DNA of 64,000 nt, taken from the NCBI GenBank assembly GCA_011109175.1, contig RDEW01000059.1, positions 62,001 to 126,000 of the forward strand, read 5' to 3'. A model generated the notes under the pieces. It was not told the origin of the DNA. It saw nothing but the letters and a program-made list of their open reading frames with translations, and ran no database searches. Made by a program: the position numbers and the translations under genes. This document shows, one piece after another, positions 64,000-64,000 of this stretch. Position 1 is the first letter of the stretch. Every line of letters starts with the position of its first letter. Source of the DNA: Dicyema japonicum. Lineage: Eukaryota; Animalia; Dicyemida.

Positions 64000-64000
64000 C

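Overview
Eukaryotic, AT-rich, gene-dense animal-type genomic DNA whose genes are broken by ultrashort spliceosomal introns (mode 22 nt, seen range 22-29 nt). That pattern is documented for dicyemid mesozoans; other reduced parasites cannot be excluded from sequence alone. Recognisable host genes: NFX1, TPI, ACOT13-like thioesterase (absent from the ORF track), SLC17A9, an SLC16/MCT transporter, RER1, a compact unsplit KMT2C/D, FAIM (two copies in a ~950-bp inverted duplication), PYROXD1, an intronless Shaker-type Kv subunit with an altered gate, and XPO1. The rest is mostly decayed mobile DNA: CRE-type and APE-type LINEs, RTE-like LINEs with 11-bp TSDs, a hAT remnant, a TA-TSD MITE and a tRNA-derived SINE. 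The most striking object is a 1935-bp Ginger-like DNA transposon (39582-41516) with TGT...ACA inverted termini, a perfect 5-bp TSD and a DD35E integrase gene that splices into one near-intact frame through seven 22-29-nt introns; it is nested in a LINE fragment that is itself inside a hAT remnant. Many conserved genes carry 1-nt indels, so consensus error probably affects intact/pseudogene calls. All alignments and translations were done by eye.
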